Assembly (NCBI GenBank): GCA_963525085.1
Contig: CAURIH010000001.1
Span: forward strand, 758,521 to 822,520
Length of the DNA stretch: 64,000 nucleotides
Direction: 5' to 3'
From: an uncultured Candidatus Saccharibacteria bacterium
GTDB taxonomy: Bacteria > Patescibacteriota > Saccharimonadia > Saccharimonadales > Saccharimonadaceae
How positions within the stretch are numbered: the first letter of the stretch is position 1; the number at the start of each line of letters is the position of its first letter. The position numbers and the translations under genes are program-made. Positions 45,777-55,364 of this stretch are shown here, piece by piece. The notes below the pieces were generated by a model. That model did no database searches, had not been told where the DNA came from, and saw only the letters and a program-made list of their open reading frames with translations.

Positions 45777-47483
45777 ATGAACCACAACGATCTCGAGCTG
45801 CCCATGGGCAAGCGCACTCCCCTCTACCGATTATTTGAAATTCTCCCAGCGTTCCTCAGCTACGGGATGCTGATTTTGTTTATCATTTTGTCTTTGGTTA
45901 ATCCACTGTGGGCGTCTATCTACCTTCTCGTCTTGGTGATGAGTGTGATTGTCCGCTCTATTGGCATTGCCTACCGCACTCTAACGGGCCATCACCAGCT
46001 GGAGAAGGCGCAGATGGTGGACTGGCGGCAGCGCCTGGAGCAGCTCGAAGACCCAGTAGCGAGCTATGCTGCCATTCAGCAGCAGCCATTGCCTAGGCGT
46101 CATCAGCGCGAATTTCACGCCCAAGAGCATCGTGAGAATCTCCGCCTTATGGCGGCCGACCCAGCGAGCTTCCCGCGGCCATCGCAGCTCTACCAAGCAG
46201 TGATTGTAGCGGCGTACAATGAGTCGTATGATGTCTTGCAGCCTACCATTGAGTCGGTCAAGAACACAACGTACAACAACAAACAGATCATCCTCGTTCT
46301 TGCCTACGAGGAGCGTGGTGGGGTGGATATTGCCCGCACAGCTGCTCGCCTCCAGCAGGAGTATGGCGATGTATTCTTCACCTTCCAGACCATCATGCAC
46401 CCCAAGGATATGCCCGATGAAGTGATTGGTAAGGGCGGTAACATCACCTATGCTGGTAAGCAGCTCCAGCGCTATTGCGACGAGCAGGGGATTGCCTACA
46501 GTGACGTGATGATCACTACACTCGACAGCGACAACCGCCCATATCCATCATACTTCGACTATGTGGCGTATGAGTATATCGTTCACCCCGAGCGCAAGCG
46601 TCTGTCGTACCAGCCGATTGCACTATACTTTGGCAACATCTGGGATGCCCCAGCGCCAATGCGGGTAATTGCGACCGGTAACTCCTTCTGGACGATCATT
46701 AGTAGTATGCGCCCCCACACACTGCGTAACTTTGCCTCGCACTCGCAGCCAATGGACGCGCTGGTGGAGATGAACTTTTGGAGCACGCGCAGCATTGTGG
46801 AAGATGGCCACCAGTACTGGCGCAGTTACTTCTACTTTGCGGGAGACTACAGTGTTTTGCCCATCCATGTGCCGATCTACCAAGATGCCGTGATGGACAA
46901 CACCTTCTGGGGGACAGTGGTGGCGCAGTTTAAGCAGCTCCGACGCTGGAGCTACGGCGCGTCGGACATCCCGTATGTGGCAATACGTACCTTTACGCGG
47001 CGTCGCAATGTGCCGTTTGCTGAAGTGTTTGCCCGCTTCATGCGCTTGCTCGATGGGCATGTGACCCTGGCTGTGATGGCGTTTTTGGTGACCTTTGGTG
47101 GGTGGGTGCCACTGTTGATCAACCAAGAATCATCGCGCAGCTATGCGGTGCACATGCTGCCCGAGGTGATTAGCAATTTGCAGCGCTTTGCGATGATCGG
47201 TATCTTTATTACCGTCTTCTTGATGCTCAAAATGTTGCCGCCACGCCCTGAGCGCTACAAGCGTCGGCGCAGCTTTGCCATGGTGGCGCAGTGGATCCTT
47301 ATGCCCGTCACATCCATTTGCTTTAGTGCGATTGGCGCCTTTAATGCCCAGACACACCTAGCATTTGGTCGCTACCTCGACAAATTTGACGTAACCGTCA
47401 AGGCCACTACCGGCTCGCGCGACCGTGCCAAAGCCGCCAAACAAGCCCAAAAAGCCGCTAAGAAGCAGCGTAAAAAAGAATAA
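45777..47483 (+). CDS. membrane glycosyltransferase family 2 (processive synthase-like)
   Basis: 568 aa, with TM segments at both ends. Motifs: VIVAAYNESYDVL, TTLDSDN, EDGHQYW and QLRRWSYGA (QxxRW). Confidence 0.8.
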   Translation: MNHNDLELPMGKRTPLYRLFEILPAFLSYGMLILFIILSLVNPLWASIYLLVLVMSVIVRSIGIAYRTLTGHHQLEKAQMVDWRQRLEQLEDPVASYAAIQQQPLPRRHQREFHAQEHRENLRLMAADPASFPRPSQLYQAVIVAAYNESYDVLQPTIESVKNTTYNNKQIILVLAYEERGGVDIARTAARLQQEYGDVFFTFQTIMHPKDMPDEVIGKGGNITYAGKQLQRYCDEQGIAYSDVMITTLDSDNRPYPSYFDYVAYEYIVHPERKRLSYQPIALYFGNIWDAPAPMRVIATGNSFWTIISSMRPHTLRNFASHSQPMDALVEMNFWSTRSIVEDGHQYWRSYFYFAGDYSVLPIHVPIYQDAVMDNTFWGTVVAQFKQLRRWSYGASDIPYVAIRTFTRRRNVPFAEVFARFMRLLDGHVTLAVMAFLVTFGGWVPLLINQESSRSYAVHMLPEVISNLQRFAMIGIFITVFLMLKMLPPRPERYKRRRSFAMVAQWILMPVTSICFSAIGAFNAQTHLAFGRYLDKFDVTVKATTGSRDRAKAAKQAQKAAKKQRKKE

Positions 47484-47517
47484 TTCGCGCTTTTGTAGCG
47501 GCATATATAACCATATA

Positions 47518-47543
47518 ACCGGCCAAGAATGGCCGGTTTTTGT
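47518..47543 (+). terminator. intrinsic terminator
   Basis: AACCGGCC-aagaat-GGCCGGTTTTTG. Confidence 0.85.
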
Positions 47544-48852
47544 ATTGGTGAGGACTGGAGTGTAGAGTACTAGCTATCTTATATTCTCTGCCGTCCTTGG
47601 CTGGGGGCTATAAGAGCTGCGGTGCTTAGAGTAGAATTTCTCATGTTGACGGGTGGTCTGGCAGGACTTTGCGGCAGATTTATGCCCCGCTGAAGACTGA
47701 GAGAGGAGGGTGGTACTGAGGAGTAGGTAAGACTCTGGCGCTAGAAGGCCGTTCATTAGTGGTATTTCGTTCACATCTCTTGTGTGTACGGACCTCTTAT
47801 GTCTCTGCTTTGTCTGTGGGGGGTAAAGCGTATCGCTTCATTAATCCTGCGATAAGGGAGCTGGCATGAGTATTATTGGCGCCGCTGAGGCTGTTGGTTG
47901 GCTAGATAGCTCAGAGCAAAGCCGTCTTGAGGCTGTAGCGCCATGAATGAGTGGCTCGTAGGGTTTATAGTGGCAATGCGAGTAGGGCACTCTGGTAGAT
48001 TTTACAGAGGCCAGCTTATCAAAATACATGTTATGCTACAAAAATATCAAAATACAAATGAGAATTATGTGTGCATTATATCACCAAACGAATATGATGC
48101 GCAGCAAAATGACCATAGGTAATGTGGATAACTAGCAGTGTGATGTGGATGAATAATAGGCAAGAAACCACAGCTATGCCTGCTAGGTGGTGCTGTGAGG
48201 AGGGTGGGGTGCTCAAAGAAGTGGTGGCATGCCAGGTTTCTTTATACTGCTTAGGATACGATAGTCTGGAGCGGGCGAACTCGTGATAGTTTAGTGACAG
48301 GATGTATGAGTGATGTGAATATATACACCAAATTTTCATTTGTTGGCGCTGGTTTTTGCTGCTTCATTCGTAGAGATAATGGGGAGGAGTATACAGATAG
48401 TGTGTAATATTGATAAGCATATGCTTTATATTGCATAGTTGATGCGTGAATTTGATGATGGTGTGAGCGATTTCTTGGGCTAGGCAGGTGGTCTGGGTGA
48501 GTATGGCGCAGCGTGTGAATCTGCGTATGTTTTGTTCATAACAAACTAGCAAATAGGTTGCAAAACAGCTCATCGTTTTGCTTGTAATATGCAAGTGACA
48601 CGATAGGCTGAGAGGTTACAGTCATGGTTGAGCGCGACGGCACCAAGGCGCTTGTGAGCGAAGGATAGGTGGCGACAAGAAGACGCTATTATGTGAATAT
48701 TTTTTGTTATAATTCATACAATGTGAATTTGTGGGAGTGCGGCAGGTAGGCTCATGAGGAAAAGTAGCGATGCCAAGCAGGGTACATCACTTGCAATTTG
48801 CAACTAAAATATAGTATATGTTTTTACTATGCATCAATTTTTGTGAGAGGTT
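47544..48852. other. ORF desert R3 (~1.3 kb), AT-rich in its right two-thirds
   Basis: No protein-like ORF. Contains the 17-mer CTGAGAGAGGAGGGTGG (47697-47713), identical to 842-858. G>C skew is weaker than in R1 (48301-48360 has 14 G / 7 C). Confidence 0.65.
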
Positions 48853-49305
48853 CTACCTCTGTATACCCATGGTGTTGTGGTAGTAGTCGACAAAGGTGCC
48901 AGTTTTTGCGGCAAGCATGATTTCTTGTTTAAGCAAATCTTTTTCGTGGGCGATGGTGGTGCGATAGTCGTCGCTCACGGCAGCGTGCGGGTCGGCGCAG
49001 GCTCCCCAAAAGAGCAGTTCGACGAGCAGCGGCAAGAGCTGCCAGCTGCTGTCTGTTGGGCTGTAAATGTATTGATTGCCTTGGAGTGGATCGCGCTGCT
49101 TATCAAGCAAGCCAGCCGATTCTAACCGCGCCAAGCGATCTGCCAAAATATTGCTGGCAATGCGCTCATCGCGTGCGAATTCGCGGAAGTAGCAGCGCCC
49201 AAAGAGCAGCACATCGCGCATGATGAGGAGTGTCCATTTGTCGCCAAAAAGGTCGAGGCTGTAGCTAATGGGGCAGGCTGAGCGTTTGTGAGCTGTTCGT
49301 GTCAT
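48853..49305 (-). CDS. HxlR family transcriptional regulator
   Basis: CPISYSLDLFGDKWTLLIMRDVLLFGRCYFREF is the HxlR wHTH signature. 150 aa. Confidence 0.85.
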   Translation of the reverse strand: MTRTAHKRSACPISYSLDLFGDKWTLLIMRDVLLFGRCYFREFARDERIASNILADRLARLESAGLLDKQRDPLQGNQYIYSPTDSSWQLLPLLVELLFWGACADPHAAVSDDYRTTIAHEKDLLKQEIMLAAKTGTFVDYYHNTMGIQR

Positions 49306-49476
49306 GACTTTAGCGTAGCATCAAGGCTTGCGTTTTGCAAGTTTGTGGTGTGAGCTGGTAGTGACGCAATGTAACGGAGTTGTACTATAACAAAAAGCAC
49401 TTACTGTAGCAGTAAGTGCTTTTGTGCCGATACACCCTACAGACCGATAATGGGTATATAGGCAAATAGACCGAAA

Positions 49477-49553
49477 TGGTGGGCAATAGAGGATTCGAAC
49501 CTCTCACCTCTTCAACGTCAATGAAGCGCTCTAGCCAAATGAGCTAATCGCCC
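49477..49553 (-). tRNA. tRNA-Val (anticodon GAC), CCA encoded
   Basis: rc gives GGGCGAT-TA-GCTC..GAGC-G-CTTCA-TTGACGT-TGAAG-AGGTG-AGAGG-TTCGAAT-CCTCT-ATTGCCC-A-CCA. Confidence 0.93.
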
Positions 49554-49621
49554 GACACGTGTATTGTAGCAGAAGATGCGGGGGAGGGCAAGGGTAGATA
49601 AATGAAAGGCTCGAGCGGTTA

Positions 49622-49775
49622 TTGTGCATTCGCGCGCCCACACTTCATCCGATGGAGTGTGAAAACAGATTGCAATAATCTGTTTTCAGCCCAGCGCAAG
49701 AGGTCGATACTTGGGAAGTATCGACCCTTATAGTGTTCCTGAGGAGGGAGTGTGGGGTGGGTAAACGTGAGAACG
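49622..49775 (+). repeat. family-1 structured repeat, copy F
   Basis: The core is almost identical to copy D. Hairpin 2 is GGTCGATACTT/AAGTATCGACC. The outer arms are shorter (CCCACACT/AGTGTGGG). Confidence 0.9.
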
Positions 49776-49834
49776 CTACGTGATTGATGCTTAGCGATAT
49801 TTGCACCCACCCCCACTCTCGTTATACAATAGAT

Positions 49835-50030
49835 GGTAAGTGCTGACGGGGCCTCACCAGCCTCCCGAGCTTCGTGGGCTGTCGTGATGTGCGAGAACGT
49901 TGCGTCATGAGTGCTTGGCGGTAAGCGCCAAGAAGTCCGGTGGAACCGCCGTTTGTGTGCAAGCGGCCCGAGACATGCGAGATTGGTCGGATGGAGTATA
50001 TCCGTGCCAGGACGCATGTTTTTTATTTTT
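49835..50030 (+). promoter_or_regulatory. probable T-box leader (Thr) with terminator, upstream of thrS
   Basis: TACAAT -10 box near 49825. T-box-like GGTGGAACCGCC at 49939-49950, whose UGGA matches the U73 discriminator of the tRNA-Thr in this window. Candidate specifier codons are ACC-A (49856-49859) or ACG-G (49846-49849). A hairpin plus T-run ends at 50019-50024. Stem I was not confidently folded by hand. Confidence 0.45.
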
Positions 50031-50114
50031 ATCAACATAATTTATATACAAGGAGGAGCGAATCGGCTTCTGGCTGCTAGCGCGCAGCAGAGAAGTTGAT
50101 GAGCAAACAAAGCA

Positions 50115-51926
50115 ATGAACAACGAGCAACAAGCAATGTGCCACAGCCTGGCGCATATCATGGCGCAAGCCGTCCAGCATTTGTGGCCACAGGCGAAGTT
50201 TGGTGTGGGGCCAGCCATCGAGCAGGGGTTTTATTATGATATTGACCTTGGTGATGTCACGATATCTGAGGCGGACTTTGGCAAAATCGAGAAGGAGATG
50301 CGGCGCATCATTGCCCGAGATCTACCCTTTACACACCGCGATGTGCCGGTAGATGAGGCGATTGCTTGGGCGAAGGAGACGGATCAGCCATATAAAGTTG
50401 AGTTGCTCAATGACCTGAAGCGCTCGGGGACGACCATTGCCAAAGAATTGGCTGGAGAGGCCCTTGGCAGCGCCGCAGAAGGCGAGAGCAAGGTAAAGAC
50501 GGTATCACTCTACTCTCAGGGCGATTACACCGATCTGTGCCGTGGTGGGCATGTGGAGAGCACGGGCAAGGTGGGGGCCTTCAAGCTGCTGCGCGTGGCT
50601 GGTGCCTACTGGCGGGGCGACGAGACCCGGCCGCAGATGCAGCGGCTCTATGGCGTGGCCTTTGCAACGCAAGCGGAGCTTGATAGCTACCTACAGATGC
50701 GCGAAGAAGCCAAAAAGCGCGACCACCGCAAGCTTGGCAAAGAACTCGATCTCTACACAATGTCGCCACTGGTGGGGGTGGGCTTGCCACTCTTTACACC
50801 GCGCGGTACGATCTTGCGCGACAAAGCAGCCCAGCTCTCTAACCAGCTGCGTGAGAAATACGGCTTTGCCAAAGTCTGGACACCACACATTACCAAGAAA
50901 GATTTGTATGAGACGAGTGGGCACTGGGCGAAGTTTGGCGATGAACTCTTTCTCGTGACGAGCCAAGAGACGAGCGACAAGATGGCCCTCAAGCCGATGA
51001 ACTGCCCACACCACACGCAGATTTTTGCCAGCCAACCACGGAGCTACCGCGATATGCCGGTGCGCTACCTCGAGACAACGACCGACTACCGCGACGAAAA
51101 AACTGGCGAGCTGGGCGGCTTGAGTCGGGTGCGCTCACTGACGCAGGATGATAGCCATGTGTTTTGCCGGCCAGATCAGATCGAGCAGGAGATGAGTAAT
51201 TTGCTGGCCTGCGCCGAGGAGCTGTACCACATTGTTGGGATGAAGCTGCGTGTCCGCCTGAGTTATCGCGATGAGGATGAGGGCTACCTTGGGGCACCAG
51301 AATTGTGGCAATCGGCCCAGGCTCAGCTCAAGGCAGCTGTGATGGCCAAGCAGCTAGATTACTTCGAGCAGGAGGGCGAAGCGGCCTTTTATGGGCCGAA
51401 GATCGACTTCATGGCGACGGATGCGATTGGCCGTGAGCACCAGGTGGCGACGGTGCAGCTCGACTTCGTCCAGCCTGATCGTTTTGGCCTTGAATACACC
51501 GACGAAGCAGGTGAGATGGCTCGGCCCGTGATGATCCACAGTGCGCTGCTGGGCTCGATCGAGCGCTTCCTCAGCGTCTTTATTGAGCACACCGCGGGGT
51601 GGTTCCCCTTCTGGATCGCGCCCGAGCAAGTTCGTATTCTCACCATTAACAATACCGTAGAAGACTATGTTGATGAAATCACATCGGTACTTAAAACAGT
51701 GGTACTGATGCGTCCTATAAAATACAACGAGGTAAGATACACAACAGATATGCGCAATGAATCGCTTGGCAAAAAGATCCGCGAGGCTACTGTTGTAAAA
51801 ATTCCGGTACAGATTATCGTTGGCCCGCGCGACAAAGCCAACCGCCAGGTAAGTGTGCGTACCCAGCAGGGTGAGACAACAGTGCCGCTGGATGAGCTAG
51901 CGGCGTACCTAGAGGGGCTCAGCTAA
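50115..51926 (+). CDS. thrS: threonine--tRNA ligase (no N-terminal TGS domain)
   Basis: 603 aa. Starts in the editing/SAD region (HSLAHIMAQAV), followed by the class II core and an anticodon-binding domain. An in-frame TGA at 50100-50102 prevents upstream extension. Confidence 0.95.
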   Translation: MNNEQQAMCHSLAHIMAQAVQHLWPQAKFGVGPAIEQGFYYDIDLGDVTISEADFGKIEKEMRRIIARDLPFTHRDVPVDEAIAWAKETDQPYKVELLNDLKRSGTTIAKELAGEALGSAAEGESKVKTVSLYSQGDYTDLCRGGHVESTGKVGAFKLLRVAGAYWRGDETRPQMQRLYGVAFATQAELDSYLQMREEAKKRDHRKLGKELDLYTMSPLVGVGLPLFTPRGTILRDKAAQLSNQLREKYGFAKVWTPHITKKDLYETSGHWAKFGDELFLVTSQETSDKMALKPMNCPHHTQIFASQPRSYRDMPVRYLETTTDYRDEKTGELGGLSRVRSLTQDDSHVFCRPDQIEQEMSNLLACAEELYHIVGMKLRVRLSYRDEDEGYLGAPELWQSAQAQLKAAVMAKQLDYFEQEGEAAFYGPKIDFMATDAIGREHQVATVQLDFVQPDRFGLEYTDEAGEMARPVMIHSALLGSIERFLSVFIEHTAGWFPFWIAPEQVRILTINNTVEDYVDEITSVLKTVVLMRPIKYNEVRYTTDMRNESLGKKIREATVVKIPVQIIVGPRDKANRQVSVRTQQGETTVPLDELAAYLEGLS

Positions 51927-52549
51927 TGCGCCGCCTGCGCATTGCTGTGGATGTCGACGACGTGCTGGCGGAGAATGCCGCTGGCATCGTCGCCTTTAGC
52001 AACCAGCGCTGGGGGACGCACCTGACGGTCGATGACTACGATGAGCATTGGGCCAAGATGTGGCAGGTGGATAATGCCGAGGTGGAACGTCGCACTGCCG
52101 AGATTGTGAGCACGAGCCTAAGCGCGGGCTATGGGCACATTGGCGGTGCGCTGGAGGTGCTGGAGCATTTGGCACAACACCATCATCTGATGATTGCAAC
52201 GTCACGCTGCCTACAAGTAAAGGGTGATACAATAGCTTGGATCGACGAGCATTTTCCAGGTATCTTTGCGAGCACGGCGGTTTATTTCTCGGGTATTTGG
52301 GATGAGTTAACTAATGATTCGCACCGTGCCACGAAGGCAGAGTTGATGACGCAAATCAACGCCGATGTGCTGATCGACGACCAGCTCAAGCACTGCCAAG
52401 CGGTGGCAGCACATGGCCGCAATGCGCTGCTCTTTGGCGATTATGCCTGGAATCAAGCCACAGTGCTGCCGGCCGGGGTGGTGCGCTGCACAAATTGGTA
52501 CGAAGTGGAGGTGGCAATTGAGCGACTTGCCAGTGATGAGCCTGCGTGA
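51926..52549 (+). CDS. HAD-superfamily 5'(3')-deoxyribonucleotidase-like hydrolase
   Basis: N-terminal RIAVDVDDVLAE (DxDxV/T motif). 207 aa. The start overlaps the thrS stop. Confidence 0.65.
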   Translation: MRRLRIAVDVDDVLAENAAGIVAFSNQRWGTHLTVDDYDEHWAKMWQVDNAEVERRTAEIVSTSLSAGYGHIGGALEVLEHLAQHHHLMIATSRCLQVKGDTIAWIDEHFPGIFASTAVYFSGIWDELTNDSHRATKAELMTQINADVLIDDQLKHCQAVAAHGRNALLFGDYAWNQATVLPAGVVRCTNWYEVEVAIERLASDEPA

Positions 52550-52886
52550 TGCCATCTACGAACTGATGGCGCAGCTGCCAGATGATACAGTGACGACCTA
52601 TGGAGACTTAGCGGCTTTTGCTGGCCACCCATACGCTGCGCGGCGAGTGGGGGAGATTGCTCATGGTGGGCCGGAGGAGTTGCCGTGGCATAGACTTGTG
52701 AATTGCAAGGGAGGCCTTGCGGTCGGCTTTCCGGGTGGGCAGGCGGTGCAACGGCAATTGCTCGAGCATGATGGGATTCAGTGTGATGATTCGTACCGTG
52801 TGGTCGATTTTGCGCAGCGTCGCTGGCGGCCACATGCCACGCCGCATAATAATCTGAAAGGTAGATCGCATGCTCACAAAAAATAA
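52536..52886 (+). CDS. alkyltransferase-like (ATL) / MGMT-family DNA-binding protein lacking the acceptor Cys
   Basis: TTYGDLAAFAGHPYAARRVGEIA...LPWHRLVN. The canonical PCHRV carries Trp instead of Cys. I trimmed the start to the ATG at 52536. Confidence 0.7.
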   Translation: MSLRDAIYELMAQLPDDTVTTYGDLAAFAGHPYAARRVGEIAHGGPEELPWHRLVNCKGGLAVGFPGGQAVQRQLLEHDGIQCDDSYRVVDFAQRRWRPHATPHNNLKGRSHAHKK

Positions 52887-53775
52887 CACACCGCCTCTCG
52901 CGCCTGCCACTCTGCCACTCATCGCCATCGTTGGGCCGACTGCCAGTGGCAAGACTAGCTTGGCGATTCGCCTTGCCAAGCAGTACGATGGTGAGATTAT
53001 TTGCGCCGATTCACGCACCATCTACAAGGGCATGGATATTGGCACTGCCAAGCCATCGCCGGATGAGCAAGCTCTCGTGCCACACTGGGGGTTGGATCTG
53101 GTGGAGCCGGGCCAGCGCTTTACAGTAGTGGATTTCCAGCGCTATGCTAATCGACAAATTGCGGCTATTCGCCAGCGTGGGCGCATCCCGTTTCTTGTTG
53201 GTGGGACGGGCCTATATGTCGATGCAGTGTTGTATAAATTTCAATTTCCGATGGTGAACAAAAAGCTTATGCAGCAGCTACAGGGCTATTCTATAGAAAC
53301 TTTGCACGAACATTGCCAAAAACACAACATAGAATTACCTAGTAACAAATACAACAAAAGGCATGTCATTAATACAATAGTGCGAGAAGGACAACAGTTA
53401 CAGAGGTCAGCGCATGTTGATAAAAATACATGGGTTGTAGGTATTGCAACGCAACGTGATGTGCTGCGTGAGCGCATTGCTGAGCGGACAGAGCAGCTTT
53501 TTGCGCATGGTGTTGTACAAGAAGCAACGGAATTAGCTGCCCACTATGGCTGGGACAGTGAGGCTATGACAGGGAATATCTACCCAATTATACATAAATT
53601 ACAACAGGGCGAGTATACGCTTGAGCAAGCCAAAGCGGCATTTTGCACAGCAGACTGGCGCCTGGCCAAGCGGCAAATGACTTGGCTGCGGCGCAATCCC
53701 GATATCGTATGGTGTGACCTTGAGGATGCTGAGGCCTACCTTGATCGGGTGCTCGCGCAAGCGCACCAGATGTGA
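52870..53775 (+). CDS. miaA: tRNA dimethylallyltransferase
   Basis: IAIVGPTASGKTSLAIRLAKQYDGEIICADSRTIYKGMDIGTAKPS. 301 aa. Confidence 0.92.
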   Translation: MLTKNNTPPLAPATLPLIAIVGPTASGKTSLAIRLAKQYDGEIICADSRTIYKGMDIGTAKPSPDEQALVPHWGLDLVEPGQRFTVVDFQRYANRQIAAIRQRGRIPFLVGGTGLYVDAVLYKFQFPMVNKKLMQQLQGYSIETLHEHCQKHNIELPSNKYNKRHVINTIVREGQQLQRSAHVDKNTWVVGIATQRDVLRERIAERTEQLFAHGVVQEATELAAHYGWDSEAMTGNIYPIIHKLQQGEYTLEQAKAAFCTADWRLAKRQMTWLRRNPDIVWCDLEDAEAYLDRVLAQAHQM

Positions 53776-53801
53776 TACCATAAATCTAGTTGGTGACCGT
53801 A

Positions 53802-54413
53802 ATGATAGATGCACTGTTTGGATCAAAAACTCGTGTAAAGTTGCTCCACCTTTTCTTGAACAATCCAGGAAAGGCATTTTATGTGCGCGAGATTACGCGG
53901 CTAATTAATGAGCAGATTAATTCGGTGCGCCGCGAGCTGCTCAATATGCTGGAGGTGGGGATCATTACGAGCGACAGCGTAGATAACAAATTGTACTACG
54001 AAGTAAACCAGCAGTACGAATATTATCCACCACTGCGCGTCATCTTTGCCGACCAAAAAATTGCTCCAGCCAAGAACAAGTCGGGTTACCGGCCTGCTTG
54101 GCAAGATGCGATTATGCAGTTGCCACGCCTGCGTGTGGTGATTGCGGCGGGGGCGCTAGTGAAGGGCTCGGCCAGTACGATCGACCTGCTGCTGGTGGGT
54201 AACCTCTCGGCTGCCAAGGTGCGCAGCGTGGTGGCAGTTATCGAGCGGCAAGAGGGGCGCGAGCTGACATATAGTATCCTGAGCTACGACGAGTTCTACT
54301 ACCGACTGAGCGTGCGCGACCGCTTCATCACTACCATTCTGACCAACAAGCATACCGTATTGGTAGACGTTGATAATATATTAAAAGAAGACGAAGGAGA
54401 GAATCATGCTTGA
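53802..54413 (+). CDS. hypothetical protein with N-terminal winged-helix (ArsR-like) DNA-binding region
   Basis: LFGSKTRVKLLHLFLNNPGKAFYVREITRLINEQINSVRRELLNMLEVGII. The C-terminal domain is not recognised. Confidence 0.5.
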   Translation: MIDALFGSKTRVKLLHLFLNNPGKAFYVREITRLINEQINSVRRELLNMLEVGIITSDSVDNKLYYEVNQQYEYYPPLRVIFADQKIAPAKNKSGYRPAWQDAIMQLPRLRVVIAAGALVKGSASTIDLLLVGNLSAAKVRSVVAVIERQEGRELTYSILSYDEFYYRLSVRDRFITTILTNKHTVLVDVDNILKEDEGENHA

Positions 54414-55041
54414 TATCGAATACAAAGGTGGCAACACTGTCATCATCGCGACGAAAAAAACCACGCTGGCGGTCGACCCCAAGCTATCACTGCTGGGCCT
54501 GAAGGATGCCAAGACGAAGGACGCGGTGGAGCTTGCAACCGAAGAGCGCTTTGCGATCAATAATCCCGAGGCACGCCTTATCATCGACCAGCCTGGCGAG
54601 TATGAAGTAGGTGACTACACCATTCGCGGCATTGCAGCCACGCGCCACATCGACACGCCAGAGAGTGAACAGCTCTCTACAGTATATCGCATTGAGTGTG
54701 GCGATATTCGCATTGCGGTGATTGGCAACATCGCGCCAGAGCTGACTGACGCTCAGCTCGAGGCGCTGGGGGTGATCGACATCGTCGTTATTCCGGTGGG
54801 TGGCTATGGCTATACGTTGGATGCGACGAGCGCCGCCGCTATTATTCGCAAGATCGAGCCACGAGTAGTAGTGCCCGTCCACTATGCTGATAGTGCGTTG
54901 CAGTACGAAGTGCCGCAAGACACGGTGGAGGTCTTTGAGAAGGAGCTTGGTGCACCGGTCGAGCAAAAACCCAAACTCAAGATCAAAACAGCGAGTAACC
55001 TACCCGAAGTGCTGACGGTGTTTGAGCTGGCTCGAAGCTAA
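54406..55041 (+). CDS. MBL-fold metal-dependent hydrolase-like protein (UPF0173-like)
   Basis: 211 aa. The beta-lactamase-fold-like pattern ends in ...VVVPVHY. GAAGGAG SD. Family assignment is tentative. Confidence 0.6.
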   Translation: MLDIEYKGGNTVIIATKKTTLAVDPKLSLLGLKDAKTKDAVELATEERFAINNPEARLIIDQPGEYEVGDYTIRGIAATRHIDTPESEQLSTVYRIECGDIRIAVIGNIAPELTDAQLEALGVIDIVVIPVGGYGYTLDATSAAAIIRKIEPRVVVPVHYADSALQYEVPQDTVEVFEKELGAPVEQKPKLKIKTASNLPEVLTVFELARS

Positions 55042-55061
55042 GACTAGTATACGCCAAGTGC

Positions 55062-55089
55062 AACCAGCCTCATAGAGAGGCTGGTTTTT
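55062..55089 (+). terminator. intrinsic terminator
   Basis: AACCAGCCTC-ataga-GAGGCTGGTTTTT. Confidence 0.88.
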
Positions 55090-55110
55090 ATGATACATCT
55101 TTACACCGTT

Positions 55111-55252
55111 TTTTCTCCTCGCTGCTTTATCTGGTGGAGTATGAACATTAGTTGTAGTCGGCACGAGTGTTGGTGGGTTGATGGGCGAGATGGGGCCAGT
55201 CCCTATAGTTTTCTCAAGGAATGAGTGCGAGACAGTGATGAGGATTGTGAGA
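55111..55252 (+). repeat. family-1 repeat, divergent copy H
   Basis: Retains TTTATCTGGTGGAGTATGAAC (compare TTCATCCGATGGAGTGTGAAAAC) and CCCTATAGTTTTCTCAAGGAATGAGTG (compare CCCTTATAGTGTTCCTGAGGAGGGAGTG). The internal hairpins are degraded. Confidence 0.45.
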
Positions 55253-55304
55253 TTCATCGTGAAATCATTGTCATAATGTGGTCGATTTGACACAGTGCAC
55301 TAAA

Positions 55305-55349
55305 TTCGATACACTTCGAAATACCACTATTATTTCGATTTATATCGAA
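55305..55349 (+). promoter_or_regulatory. candidate operator: 18-nt imperfect inverted repeat upstream of the MFS-ArsR operon
   Basis: TTCGATACACTTCGAAAT-n9-ATTTCGATTTATATCGAA, 16 nt upstream of the MFS ATG. An ArsR-family repressor gene is the second gene of the operon. Confidence 0.35.
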
Positions 55350-55364
55350 GAAAGGAATGATTTT

